A stretch of DNA of 64,000 nt from an uncultured Thermoleophilia bacterium (GTDB lineage Bacteria; Actinomycetota; Thermoleophilia; UBA2241). The notes beneath the pieces were generated by a model. It saw nothing but the letters and a program-made list of their open reading frames with translations. It did not search any database and was not told where the DNA came from. Made by a program: the position numbers and the translations under genes. Position 1 is the stretch's first letter, and each line of letters starts with the position of its first letter. Below, piece by piece: positions 1 to 10,447 of the stretch. The stretch is taken from positions 1 to 64,000 of the forward strand of contig CAVQSP010000014.1 of assembly GCA_963715985.1 (NCBI GenBank). Reading direction: 5' to 3'.

Positions 1-2
1 AG

Positions 3-413
3 AGAAGGGCGCTCGCACTGCTCAGCCTGGTCGTCCTGGCACTGGCTCTGCTCGCGCTCAGCGCGCTGCCCGCCCTGGCGTTGGCGCCGGTCGGACAGAG
101 TCCGGGCTACCCCAACACCAGCACAGCCTTCTACGAGCAGACCGGCGTTGGCGCGAACGTGGGGCCGATGGGCGACGGCAGGACCGGCGTCATCGGGCGG
201 ACCCGCCTCCCGGAGGCCTCGCCCAGCTTCACGTCGACCACGCTGGTCGTGTCTGGCCTCCTCGCCGTGGTGCTGATCGGCATCGCCGGTGCGACGGCGC
301 TGGTCGATCGCAGGATGCGGCGTGAGGGCGCGTTCGACAACCTCGTCGAACCGGGCGCGGTCGCGCGCATCCCGGTCAGGCAAACGGCGGAGTCGCAGCG
401 CAAGGCGGCGTAA
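3..413 (+). CDS. Hypothetical exported/membrane-anchored small protein (5' end runs off the window)
   Basis: The frame is open from base 3: signal-peptide-like RRALALLSLVVLALALLALSALPALA, then a C-terminal TM helix followed by RRMRR; stop TAA at 411-413. Confidence 0.6.
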   Translation, partial: RRALALLSLVVLALALLALSALPALALAPVGQSPGYPNTSTAFYEQTGVGANVGPMGDGRTGVIGRTRLPEASPSFTSTTLVVSGLLAVVLIGIAGATALVDRRMRREGAFDNLVEPGAVARIPVRQTAESQRKAA

Positions 414-793
414 CGCCGCGGTCGAGGTCGGCGGGGTTCGACGGCCTCGCCGCCCTCTCCGTCCTCTGCCCGTGCTTTCGCCGCTCAGCTCTCGTCGGCT
501 GTGCAGGCGAGCCCGCACTCGCGGTAGTGGTGCTCGCGCGGCACCTCGGCCTGCCCGCTGTTGGCGACGTTCGCGCGACCCGGTCCACGAGCATCGGCGT
601 CGCGTTTCCGGCGCGCCATGCAAACGCCCAGCTTCGGGAGGCGGTCCGAATGGACGGTGAACCTCGACGCGACGTGGTACGAGAGGCATCAGCTTCCGGG
701 AAGACTGCGCAGCAGCGATAGGCGTGCGATCAGCCGCCCGGCGGGGCGGTGAGGGACGCGAGATAACCAGGTAGGCGCCGGGCGCGCCGGCCG

Positions 794-1799
794 TCAGTTC
801 CTGCCGAGTTCCCGCCGGGCGCGCAGGTAGGCGACGAGCAGGGCGTCGCGTTCCGCGACCAGCTCGTCGTAGGTGCGCGCCCCCTTCTCCGCCGCGAGGC
901 CTTCCTCGAGCGCATCGGCCGTCTCGAGAGGGAACTCCGTCCACGTGGCCAGGTCGCGCAGCATGCCCTCCTTGACGGCCGCGAGGTGCTCGCACGTGGC
1001 CGCGGATGCCCTCCTCGCCGCCGCCGAGGTCGTAGAGCAGGTGCGGCCCCATGGCGGCCCAGCGCAGGCCGGGGCCGTTGCTCACGGCGCGGTCCACGTC
1101 CTCCACGGTGGCGACGCCGCGCAGCACGAGGTCCACGGCCTCGCGCCACAGCGCGGCGGAGAGGCGGTTGACGAGGTAGCCGGGCAGGTCGCGGGTGAGC
1201 GTGACCGGCTCCTTGCCGACCGATGCGTAGAAGGCGGCGGCGCGCTGCATGGCCTCCGGCGCCGTGAGGGCGCCGGGGGCGAGCTCCACGAGCGGCACCA
1301 GGTGCGGCGGGTTGTAGGGGTGGGCGGCGAGGCAGCGCTCCGGCCGGCTCGCCGCCGTCTGGATGTCGCTGATCGAGAGGCCCGACGAGCTCGTGCAGAT
1401 GAGGGCATCCTCCGGCGCCGCCGCGTCCACGGCGGCGAAGACCTCGCGCTTGAGCTCCAGGTCCTCACGCACGCACTCCTGCACGTGCCTGACGCCGGCC
1501 ACCGCCTCATCGAGGTCGGCCGTCGCGCTCAGCGCGGCGCGGCCGCGCGACGACGCGTCGGAGTCGGCGAGCCCGTTGCGGGCCAGGAACCGTGCCGCGT
1601 CCCCCGCGCGCTCGAGGGCGCCGGCGAGTCGCTCGCCGTCCACGTCGTGGATCCGCACTGTGAGGCCGGCGGCCGCGAACAGCCCGGCCCAGCTGGCGCC
1701 GGTCAACCCGGCGCCGACGACGGCCACCGGGCCGCTCGTGCCGGCCACCTCGGTCGCCGTCGTTCCGCCGGCCACCTCGTGCTCGCTGCCCGTCCGCAT
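794..1799 (-). CDS. 3-hydroxyacyl-CoA dehydrogenase family protein (lambda-crystallin/carnitine dehydrogenase-like), frameshift near 992
   Basis: Manual translation gives Rossmann motif VAVVGAGLTGASWA, HPYNPPHLVPLVE, PGYLVNRLSAALWREA and GPGLRWAAMGP; the C-terminus ERDALLVAYLRARRELGRN* is in a shifted frame. Not listed as one ORF in the track. Confidence 0.88.
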
Positions 1800-2055
1800 C
1801 AGTGTCGCTCCCTCCGCTCGCTCGCGCCGATTCTACTGCGCGACCGGCACGGCGGAAGTGCCCGGAGCAGCCGGTCACGCGCCTGCCCGCTGCTGTCGCG
1901 GGGCGCTCGATCGAGCCCGGATGCGCCGGCCACCGGGGCGGGACATGGGGCGTGTTGAGCCACCGGTCCGGCGGTGAGCGGGGATCTGCGCCACCGCCGG
2001 CTGACACAGTCGGTCGCCGGTTCATCCCTTGGCGGGGCGGGGTAACACCCGGACC

Positions 2056-2505
2056 ATGGGAGCCGCCGCCGATCCATGGGGACTGTTGCGCGAGCTGTTC
2101 GCACGCCAGCGTCTCGGCGTGCTCGCCACGCAGGGGCCGGGGCATCCGTACGCGAGCCTTGTGGGGGTGTGCGCCGACGAGGAGCTGCGGCACCTGTACT
2201 TCGTGACCACGCGGGCGACGCGCAAGTTCAACTATCTGGCCGCGGACCCGCACGTGGCCATGCTGGTGGACAGCCGTTCCGACGACGACCTGGACTTCCA
2301 CGGGGCCGTGGCCGCCACGGCGTTGGGCACGGCCCGCGAGCTGGCCGGGGAGGAGCGCGAGGAGCGGCTGGCGGCCTTTCTCCTGCGCCAGCCGCAGCTG
2401 CGCGGCTTCGCGAGTGCGCCGACCACGGCGCTCGTCGAGCTCACCGTCCAGACCTACTACATCGTCAATCGCTTCCAGAACGTCACCGAGCTGCGCTTTG
2501 AGTGA
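2056..2505 (+). CDS. Pyridoxamine 5'-phosphate oxidase-like FMN-binding split-barrel protein
   Basis: LGVLAT..GHPYASLV, LYFVTTRATRKFNYLAADPHVAMLVD motifs typical of the PNPOx-like family. Confidence 0.85.
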   Translation: MGAAADPWGLLRELFARQRLGVLATQGPGHPYASLVGVCADEELRHLYFVTTRATRKFNYLAADPHVAMLVDSRSDDDLDFHGAVAATALGTARELAGEEREERLAAFLLRQPQLRGFASAPTTALVELTVQTYYIVNRFQNVTELRFE

Positions 2506-4726
2506 TCCCCGGGCGGTCGCGGGGCCGAGGAGCGTGCCGCAGGGTCTGCGACCGCGCCGGCCGCTCGTCCTCGCCTCCGCGGACATCGACGACGGGGCGG
2601 CGGGGGTGGGCGGCAAGGCGCTCGCACTCGCGCGCATGGCGCGCGCCGGCATCGCCGTGCCGCCCTTTCTCGCCGTCACCACCGCGGCCTACGAGGCCTT
2701 CCTCGATGCGGCGCAGCTGCGCGCGCGCATTCTCACCGAGCTCGACCGCAAGGACTTCGCGGACATGCGCTGGGAGGAGATGTGGGACGCGGCCCTGCGC
2801 ATCCGCAGCCTGTTCCTGACGGCGCCGCTGCCGGAGGAGCTGCGGGCGGCGCTCGCGCAGCCCATCGCCGCGCGCTTCGCCGGAGTCGCCACGGTGGTGC
2901 GCTCGTCGGCGCCCGGCGAGGACTCGGCCGGTGCCTCGTTCGCCGGGCTTCACGAGTCCTACGTGAACGTGCGTGGAGTCGACGCGATCCTCGAACACGT
3001 CAAGCTCGTCTGGGCATCCCTGTGGTCGGATGCGGCGCTGCTGTACCGGCGAGAGCTGGGTCTGGACCCGCGTCGCAGCGTGATGGCCGTCGTCGTCCAG
3101 GAGATCGTCGCGGGGGAGTGCGCCGGCGTGGCCTTCAGCCGGCACCCCGAGGACGCCGGCAAGGCCCTGGTGGAGGCCGTGCACGGCCTGAACCAGGGCC
3201 TCGTGGACGGTCTCGTGGAGCCGGACCGCTGGACGCTCGACCGCGCCGACGGGTCCGTGCTCGAGCATCGGGCGGCAGAGCGTCTCGAGATGGTGGCCGC
3301 CGCCCCGGAGGGCACACGTGTGGTTGCCGCTGCCCGGCGAGCTGCGCCGGTGCGCCCCCGCTGGCCGCGGCCGACGTGACGCGCGTGTTCGGCCTCGCAC
3401 GCAGCGCCGAGGGGCACTTCGCGGCGCCGCAGGACGTGGAGTGGACGGTGCGCGGCGACGAGCTCTTCGCCCTCCAGTCCCGGCCCATCACCACACTGAC
3501 CGGGGAGGCCGGTGACGGGCGCGCCACGTACCTGACTCTGCGCCGCAGCTTCGAGAACCTGCAGCGCCTGCGGCGGCGCATCGAGGACGAGGATCTCCCG
3601 GCGCTGGCCGCGGAGGCGGACCGCCTGGCGGCCGTCCGCCTCGAAGACCTGGATGACGCCGGCTTGCTGGCGGCCGCGCGCGAGCGCAAGGCCGCGCACG
3701 ATCGCGGCGTGGACGTCTACGAGGCGGACTTCATCCCGTTCGCGCACGGCGTCCGCCTCTTCGGGAGCGCCTACAACGACGCCCTGCAGCCCGAGGACCC
3801 ATTCGAGTTCACCGACCTGCTGACGGCCACCCCGATGCTGAGCCTGCGCCGCAACGCCGCCCTGGAGCAGGGTGGCCGATCGCCTGCGCGCCGGCGACGT
3901 GACCGGCGCCTCGCGCGACCTCGACGCCTTCGTTGCCGAGTTCGGCGCGATGGAGGACGCGGGAGTGGACCTGCGCGAGCAGGCATTGGCGGTTGCGCGA
4001 CGGCTCGCACAGCGGCCGGCAATGGCGCGGCAGTCGAGGCCCGAGCCGGCGGCGCAAGCGGCTCGCTTCATCGAGTCTCACCCTGAGCCTGAACGTGAAC
4101 GTGCGGCCGAGCTGCTCGAGCTTGGTCGCGCCAGCTGGCGGCTGCGCGACGACGACAACCTGTACCTCGGCCGCCTCGAGCACCTTCTCACGGCCGCCTT
4201 GGACGAGGCGCGGCGTCGCCGGCTCGAGGTCGTCGCCGCGCTCGAACCGCGACCGATCGCGCTGCCGTCGCCGCTCGGCGTGCCGGCGTCCTCCGGCGGG
4301 TCAGCGCCGTCGGCCGGGGCGGCACGGGACGCGCGGGCGGCGCCGCGCGCGGCAGGCGCTCCTCGCTTGGCCCGCGTGCCCCTGCCTGCAGGCGTCCGCA
4401 GCCGGGTGCGCCAGATCGTGGGCCAGCCGGCCGGGCCCGGGCTGGCGGTGGGCACGGCGCGGGTGGTCGCCGGTCGCGACGACCTCGCGGCCTTTGAGGA
4501 CGGCGAGATCCTCGTCTGCGACGCCGTCCAGCCGGAGATGACGTTCATCGTGCCGCTCGCCGCCGGCATCGTGGAGCGCCGTGGCGGCATGTTGATCCAC
4601 GGCGCCATCATCGCTCGCGAGTACGGGCTGCCGTGCGTCACCGGCGTGCCCGGCGCCACCGAGCTCATTCGCACCGGCGACCGGGTGACCGTGGACGGCT
4701 ACCTGGGCATCGTGATCGTCGGCTGA
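2498..4726 (+). CDS. PEP/pyruvate-binding (PPDK_N) + PEP-utilising mobile-domain protein (PEP synthase / rifamycin phosphotransferase-like architecture), frameshifts near 3345 and 3870
   Basis: VGGKA, VRSSAPGEDSAGASFAGLHES, PQDVEW..LQSRPIT and the C-terminal phospho-His swivel motif GGMLIHGAIIAREYGLPCV, spread over three frames. Start uncertain. Confidence 0.85.
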
Positions 4727-4867
4727 GCGGCGCCGCGGCCGGCAACGACGCGCCGAGCGCGCGGTGCCCGTCGCGAGGCACAAGTGGCGCCCCGCTCGCG
4801 TCTCTTCCTCCCCGCCCCTGGGAAGACTACAGTGTGAAGGCGGATGCGGCGTCGGGGGGAGGCGGTC

Positions 4868-6265
4868 ATGGCAGCGCGGGGGATGTCGTGGGTCCGGACC
4901 TTGTCCATCATGGCGCGGTGGTGCGCATTCCTGCTCGCGGCGGGCATGGCCGTGGGTCTGGCCGCCGGATGCGGCTCGGGCGGCGGCGATTCAAGCGGCT
5001 CGAGCGCCGCCGCATCCCCGTCCGCCTCAGCCTCCGCCGGCTCCTCTTCCTCCACTGTGCTTGTCGATGTGAGCAGCGGTGGCGGCGCGGCCGCGGCCCC
5101 CGACCGCGCCGAGATAGAGCGCCGTCTCGCGCTGCCGCGCTTCACCTACGTCGGTGAGGTGGACGTCGACGCCGGCCAGTACCAGGGCGCCCTGGCCGTC
5201 ATCGACTCGGAGACCGACACGTTGGCCCATCGGCCCCTCATCGGCACGTACCTCTCACAGGTCGCCGTGGCGCCCGACGGACGCCTGGTGTACGTCACCG
5301 ACCGCGAGAAGCCGGTGATCCATGTCGTCGACGCCGAGACGAACAACGAGGTGCGCACCATCAGGCTTCCCGGTGTGAGACCCTCGACGAAGAAGATCAC
5401 CGCCACCGGCAAGGTGTGTTACGCGGACATGCTGGGATGCTCGTCGGCGGTCGCCTGCACCCCCGGCGGCGGCCTCGTCCTGGTGCTCTCCAAGGCCGGT
5501 CTTCAGGTGATCGACACGGCCACGTACGAAGTGGTACGCACCATGCCGGAGCTCCGCGACGGCTACGACCTGGCGGTGAGCTTCGACGGCCGGCACGCCT
5601 ACATCGCCACCGTCGACTCCCTCCGGCGTGGGTACAAGACGCTCCTCGAGTGGGTCGGGCGCTCTGTCCGCGGCGAAGGCGGCGGCTTGGCACTGCTGGA
5701 TCTTGAGAGCTGGGAGGTGGTCAAGAGGGTCAAGTGCGGTCAGGTCGGCGGCATCGCCGTCGACCCCGACGACAGCCGTCTCTTCTGCAGCGACTTCAAG
5801 CTGAAGGCGCTGCGCATCGTCGATCCGGACACGCTGGCCGACATCGCGGTCGTGTCGCTGAAGTCGGCCAAGGCCAGGTACTTCCAGCCGCGGGGCGTGG
5901 GCGTGCTGCCTGACGGCAGCAAGGTCTACGTCGTCTGCGCCGCGGTCTCCCCCAGCGACCCGATGACGGCCGCGGCCGGGGCGAGCCCTGATCTGTTCTT
6001 CTGCGCCGTGGTCAGGACAGACACGCAGGAGGTCGTCAAGCGCATTCCCCTGGACGCCTACTGACCGCTGTACATCGCCGTCCGGTCGGACGGCAAGAAG
6101 GCCTACCTCACCGGCGGTCCCATCCGCCGCGCCGTGGTCATCGACACCGTCAAGGACGTCGTGCTCGGCGACATCGGCGACAAGGTCGTCCAGACTGACG
6201 GCTTGGCCGTACGGCCGTTCTGGTGGTCGGCGGCCAGCATGGAGGTGCTGAGCGGCCGGCAGTGA
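4868..6265 (+). CDS. YVTN/YncE-type beta-propeller lipoprotein with in-frame TGA at 6062-6064 (candidate selenocysteine)
   Basis: RBS GGAGG, lipobox LAAGC, Ser/Ala linker and repeated blades (VAVAPDGRLVYV, LAVSFDGRHAYI, VGVLPDGSKVYV). Another blade (PLYIAVRSDGKKAYL..AVVIDT) follows the TGA in frame up to TGA 6263-6265. Confidence 0.8.
6065..6094 (+). promoter_or_regulatory. Putative bacterial SECIS element
   Basis: Perfect 7-bp stem GCCGTCC (6077-6083)/GGACGGC (6088-6094) with loop GGTC, starting 12 nt after the in-frame TGA. It resembles the E. coli fdhF SECIS (GGUC loop, 11-nt spacer). Confidence 0.65.
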
Positions 6266-6288
6266 AGGCTCCCGAGGCCGCGGCTCGC

Positions 6289-6694
6289 TTGCGTGCGGCC
6301 GCGCCGCCTGCGTATCGTGGGCGCGCCGCGCCAGCGCGCCCGACGCGCGAGGAGCCGCAGGGAAACGCACCTGATGCTTGGCAACGAGGCCGTCGCGCGC
6401 GGGGCCTGGGAGGCCGGCGTGCTGGTCGCCGCCGCGTACCCCGAGGCCATCAAGGCCGTCGGCGCCGGCAAGGCCCAGGCGACCATCATGGACGAGCTCC
6501 CGGCCGACTACCACATCAGCCGGTGCGGCCTCTCCGACACGGTCGTGCAGGCCGGGCAGCCTCCGGACGACGGCGTCATGACGCTCCCGGTGCAGAAGGA
6601 CGACACCGTGCTCCTCGGCATCCTCAACCAGGGCATGGCGTCCATCAGCGACGCGGAGATCCTGGCCATCCGTGACCAGCGGATGAGCCGGTGA
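6289..6694 (+). pseudogene. Chimeric remnant: duplicated iorA promoter/5' end fused to the C-terminal part of a family-3 (amino-acid) substrate-binding domain
   Basis: 6289-6442 closely matches 7843-7998 (ETHLMLGNEAVARGAWxAGVLVAAAYP) with ATG changed to AGG, then EAIKAVGAGKAQATIMDELPADY...KDDTVLLGILNQGMASIS. Confidence 0.65.
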
Positions 6695-6864
6695 CCTGAC
6701 CCCGCGCGGGCGGGCACGCTGATGGCGAACGCCGCCGTGTCCGCCCGCCCCCGGGGCATCGGTACGGTCCCGGCGCGAGCGCCCGAGTGGCGATGCGTCC
6801 CTTCTGGTGGTCTACTGCCTGCATGGACGTTCTGCGCGAAGCGCAGTGATGCTGGAGGTATGGG

Positions 6865-7815
6865 GTGCGCGTTCTCATCGTCGGGCTGGGGGTCATCGGT
6901 ACCGGGTACGGCTGTGCGTTTCGTGACTACGGGCATGAGGTGACCCATCTGCTGCGGCCCGGGCGCGCGGCGCAGGTCCCCAGACGCATCCTCGTCGACA
7001 TGTTGGACATGCGCCCGGGCAGGCTCGGCCTGAAGACCCTCGCGTACGGGCCGGTCGCCACCGAGACGGTGTCGGCCGAGGACGGCTACGACCTCGTCAT
7101 GGTCCCCGTGAAGCACTACCAGGTCGGCGAGGCACTGCGCGAGCTCACGGCCTCGCTGCCCGACGCGCGCTACCTGCTCTTCGCCGCCAACTGGGACGGC
7201 CTGGCAGAGGTGGACGCGCTGCTGCCTCGCTCGCAGTACACGTGGGGCTACTCCTCCTCCACCGGCGGCCACAGCGGTTCCACGCTCGTGTTCAACATGA
7301 GTCCCACGTACCGCTGCGGTCCCATAGACGGCGCCGAGCCCGAGTGGACGCCGGACGTGGTCCAGCTGTTCGATTCGGTGGACGTGATCCCGGACCGCAA
7401 GCCCGACATGCGCGAGTGGCTCTGGGTGCATTTCGCGCAGGCCGCAGGGACCATAGGCGCGACCCTCTACGCCGGCGGCCTGGCCCCGTTCTACGAGGAC
7501 CAGGACGGTCTTCGCGAGCGCCTGGTGCCGGCGGTGCGCGAGTGCCTGGACGTGCTCTCGGCGCGCGGCCTCGACCCGGCGGCGTGGCCCGACGTGGCGC
7601 CGTTCCTCACGCGCTCTCCCGAGGAGATCGCCGCCTCCGTGTACGGCACGCTCGGCACCCCGTGGGTACAGCGCACGCTCTCAGCCGGGCACTTCATGGA
7701 GAACGCCGACGAGATGCGGCGGTTCTATCTCGACGTGCTCGCCACCGGTGAGGCGCTGGGCGTGCCGATGCCGGTGATGCAGAGCTTCCGGGAGAGGGTC
7801 ACGGCCGGCGGCTGA
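6865..7815 (+). CDS. Ketopantoate reductase (ApbA/PanE) family protein
   Basis: RVLIVGLGVIGTGYG Rossmann motif, YDLVMVPVKHYQ, and C-terminal GEALGVPMP. Confidence 0.75.
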   Translation: MRVLIVGLGVIGTGYGCAFRDYGHEVTHLLRPGRAAQVPRRILVDMLDMRPGRLGLKTLAYGPVATETVSAEDGYDLVMVPVKHYQVGEALRELTASLPDARYLLFAANWDGLAEVDALLPRSQYTWGYSSSTGGHSGSTLVFNMSPTYRCGPIDGAEPEWTPDVVQLFDSVDVIPDRKPDMREWLWVHFAQAAGTIGATLYAGGLAPFYEDQDGLRERLVPAVRECLDVLSARGLDPAAWPDVAPFLTRSPEEIAASVYGTLGTPWVQRTLSAGHFMENADEMRRFYLDVLATGEALGVPMPVMQSFRERVTAGG

Positions 7816-7842
7816 CGAGTCGTACGGCCGCGGCCGGCGCGC

Positions 7843-7872
7843 TTGCGCACGGGCGCGCGGCCTGCGTATCGT
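7843..7872 (+). promoter_or_regulatory. Putative sigma70-type promoter of the ior-paaK operon
   Basis: TTGCGC-N18-TATCGT; conserved as TTGCGT-N18-TATCGT in the duplicate at 6289-6318. Confidence 0.5.
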
Positions 7873-7914
7873 GGGCGCCGCGCGCGCCAGCGCGCCAGAC
7901 GCACAAGGAGCCGT

Positions 7915-9792
7915 ATGGAAACGCACCTCATGCTCGGCAACGAGGCCGTCGCCCGCGGGGCGTGGGACGCCGGTGTGCTGGTCGCGGCCGCGTACCCGGG
8001 CACGCCCAGCACCGAGATCGTCACCAACCTCGCGCGCTACGAGGGCGTGTACGCCGAGTGGTCCACCAACGAGAAGGTCGCCTACGAGGTGGCCTTCGGG
8101 GCGGCCATGGGCGGCGCCCGTGCCCTCACGGCCATGAAGAGCGCCGGCGCCAGCGTGGCCGCAGACCCGCTCATCAGCTCCGTCTACACCGGCATCAACG
8201 GCGGGCTCGTGGTCTGCCTGGCCGGCGACCCCGGCATGGCCAGCGGCATGACCGAACAGGACGACCGCTACTTCGGCCGCATGAGCTCCATGCCCATGCT
8301 CGAGCCCGCCGACAGCCAGGAGTGCTACGAGTACGTCAAGCGCGCCTTCGAGATGAGCGAGGAGTTCGACGTGCCGGTGATGGTGCGCCTCAGCATCCAG
8401 ACGGCGCACCAGAAGTCCATCGTGCACATCGACGGCGACGGCGGGGCGACGGCGGGAGGCGGCGAGGGCGGAGGAGCCGGCGACCCGGCCAAGCTCGTCC
8501 GCACGCCGCCGGAGCGCAAGCCGCCGCACCGCATCACCGAGAAGTACTGCCTGCTACCGCGCTTCTCGCGGCCGCTGCACCGCAGCCTGCTGGAGCGCGT
8601 GGAGCGCCTCCGCGCCTACTCCGAGGCGAGCGCGCTGGCCGGCGAGCTGGCGCGCGTGGAGCCGGCCGCCTGCGAGGTGCGCCTGCGCGACGGCGGCTCG
8701 GCGCGCATCGGCGTCGTCGCGGCCGGCGCCGCCTACGTGAGCGCCAAGGAGGCGCTGCCCGAGGCCGCCTTCCTCAAGCTCGGCATGATCCACCCGCTGC
8801 CGCTGGACGCCATCGCCGACTTCGCCGACACGGTGGACCGCCTGTTCGTGGTCGAGGAGCTGGAGCCATATCTGGAGGAGCAGCTGCTCGCCGCCGGCAT
8901 CTCCTGCGAGGGCAAGGAGTGGTTCCCGGCCTGGGGCGAGCTCACGGCGGCGCGTGTGGGCCGGGGCTTCTACGAGGCCGGCCTCGACCTGCCGCGCTGG
9001 GCGGCCGAGAAGGCCGCGGAGGACGACTCCGTCATCCCGCGGCCGCCCGTGCTGTGCACCGGCTGCCCGCACCGCGGTATGGCCACGGCCATGAAGAAGC
9101 TCGACCTCGACGTGCACGGCGACATCGGCTGCTACGACCTCACCACGCTGCCGCCGGTGAGCCACATGCACTCGGCCTTCGAGATGGGCGCCAGCATCCC
9201 CATCGAGCAGGGCTTCACGCGCGCCGGCGGCAGCGCCAAGGGGTCCATCGCCGTCATCGGCGACTCGACCTTCCTGCACAGCGGCCTGACGGGACTCCTG
9301 AACGCCGTGCACCAGCGCACCAACGTCACCGTGCTCATCCAGGACAACCGCATCACCGCCATGACCGGGGGCCAGACCAACCCCGGCAACGAGACGACGC
9401 TGGCCGGCACGCAGACGGCGCCGGTCGACCTCGCCGCCATCTGCCGCGCCCTCGGCGTGGAGTTCGTGGAGCACGTGGATCCCTACGACTACGACGCCTG
9501 CCTCAAGGGCCTGAAGGCCGGGCTCGCCTTCGACGGCCCGGCCGTGCTCATCACCACCCGTCCCTGCATGCTCTTCCCGGCCAAGCTCGCCGGCGACCCC
9601 TACGTGGTCGACGAGGAGCTCTGCAACGCCTGCCAGCAGTGCATGAAGCTCGGCTGCCCGTCGCTGCACCACGTGGAGGCCGTGCACAAGACCCGCCGCA
9701 AGGTGGAGATCGACGTGGAGACCTGCACCGGCTGCTCGCTGTGCGCGCAGCTCTGCAGACCGGGCGCCATCGCGAAGGCGGGTGCGTCGTGA
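7915..9792 (+). CDS. iorA: Indolepyruvate:ferredoxin oxidoreductase subunit alpha
   Basis: MLGNEAVARG, YPGTPSTEI, EWSTNEKVA, RPPVLCTGCPHR, GDIGCY, GDSTFLHSG..DNRITAMTGGQ and two C-terminal ferredoxin Cys motifs. Confidence 0.95.
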   Translation: METHLMLGNEAVARGAWDAGVLVAAAYPGTPSTEIVTNLARYEGVYAEWSTNEKVAYEVAFGAAMGGARALTAMKSAGASVAADPLISSVYTGINGGLVVCLAGDPGMASGMTEQDDRYFGRMSSMPMLEPADSQECYEYVKRAFEMSEEFDVPVMVRLSIQTAHQKSIVHIDGDGGATAGGGEGGGAGDPAKLVRTPPERKPPHRITEKYCLLPRFSRPLHRSLLERVERLRAYSEASALAGELARVEPAACEVRLRDGGSARIGVVAAGAAYVSAKEALPEAAFLKLGMIHPLPLDAIADFADTVDRLFVVEELEPYLEEQLLAAGISCEGKEWFPAWGELTAARVGRGFYEAGLDLPRWAAEKAAEDDSVIPRPPVLCTGCPHRGMATAMKKLDLDVHGDIGCYDLTTLPPVSHMHSAFEMGASIPIEQGFTRAGGSAKGSIAVIGDSTFLHSGLTGLLNAVHQRTNVTVLIQDNRITAMTGGQTNPGNETTLAGTQTAPVDLAAICRALGVEFVEHVDPYDYDACLKGLKAGLAFDGPAVLITTRPCMLFPAKLAGDPYVVDEELCNACQQCMKLGCPSLHHVEAVHKTRRKVEIDVETCTGCSLCAQLCRPGAIAKAGAS

Positions 9793-9802
9793 GCGCCCGC
9801 CC

Positions 9803-10447
9803 GTGCCGGAGCCGGCCGAGTCCGCCGCCGCCCCCAGCGCCTGCGCCCTGCACTACGCCCCCGGCGTGGTCGACGACATCATGGTGGTGGGCGTGGGCGG
9901 CCAGGGCGTGATCGTGGCCGCCGCCGTCATCGCCGACACGGCGCTGCTGAACGGCGGCCTCGAGGTCAAGCTCAGCGAGACCCGCGGCATGAGCCAGCGC
10001 GGCGGCAGCGTGAACTCGCACATCCGCATCGGCAAGCAGGTCGTGGCGCCCAGCATCAGCCCCGGCGAGGTGGACTACCTGCTGGCCTTCGAGGCGGCCG
10101 AGGGGCTGCGCGCGGCGCCGTCGCTGACGCCGGAGGGCGTCGCCATCGTCAACACCCAGCAGATCGTGCCGCCGCTGGCCTCGCAGGGCGAGCACAGCTA
10201 CCCGTTCGACGCCGCCGAGCGCATGGTCGCCGACGGCCGCCACGTGGTCGTGGTGGACGGCAACGCCGTGGCCCTCGAGGTCGGCGACCTCAAGGTGGCC
10301 GGCATCGTGCTCGTCGGGGCGCTCTCCACGCACCTGCCGTTCGAGGTGGAGACGTGGCAGGAGGCGATCGCCCGCAACGTACCGCCGAGCTGGCTGGAGA
10401 TGAACTACGCCGCCTTCGCGGCGGGCCGGGGGGTGGGGGGCTCATGA
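9803..10447 (+). CDS. iorB: Indolepyruvate:ferredoxin oxidoreductase subunit beta
   Basis: IMVVGVGGQG, SETRGMSQRGGSV.SHIRIG, N..AF..G; directly follows iorA. Start 9782 or 9803. Confidence 0.92.
   Translation: MPEPAESAAAPSACALHYAPGVVDDIMVVGVGGQGVIVAAAVIADTALLNGGLEVKLSETRGMSQRGGSVNSHIRIGKQVVAPSISPGEVDYLLAFEAAEGLRAAPSLTPEGVAIVNTQQIVPPLASQGEHSYPFDAAERMVADGRHVVVVDGNAVALEVGDLKVAGIVLVGALSTHLPFEVETWQEAIARNVPPSWLEMNYAAFAAGRGVGGS

Noticed and set aside
205-325. LPEAS + TM + basic tail as a sortase signal
   Set aside because: The motif deviates from LPxTG and a further ~30-aa tail follows; too weak.
430-460. GGTTCGAC T-loop-like motif suggesting a tRNA remnant or attachment site
   Set aside because: No proper T-stem, acceptor stem or anticodon arm, and no integrase nearby.
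414-790. Short ORFs between the first gene and the dehydrogenase
   Set aside because: No motif, RBS or consistent codon bias; left unannotated.
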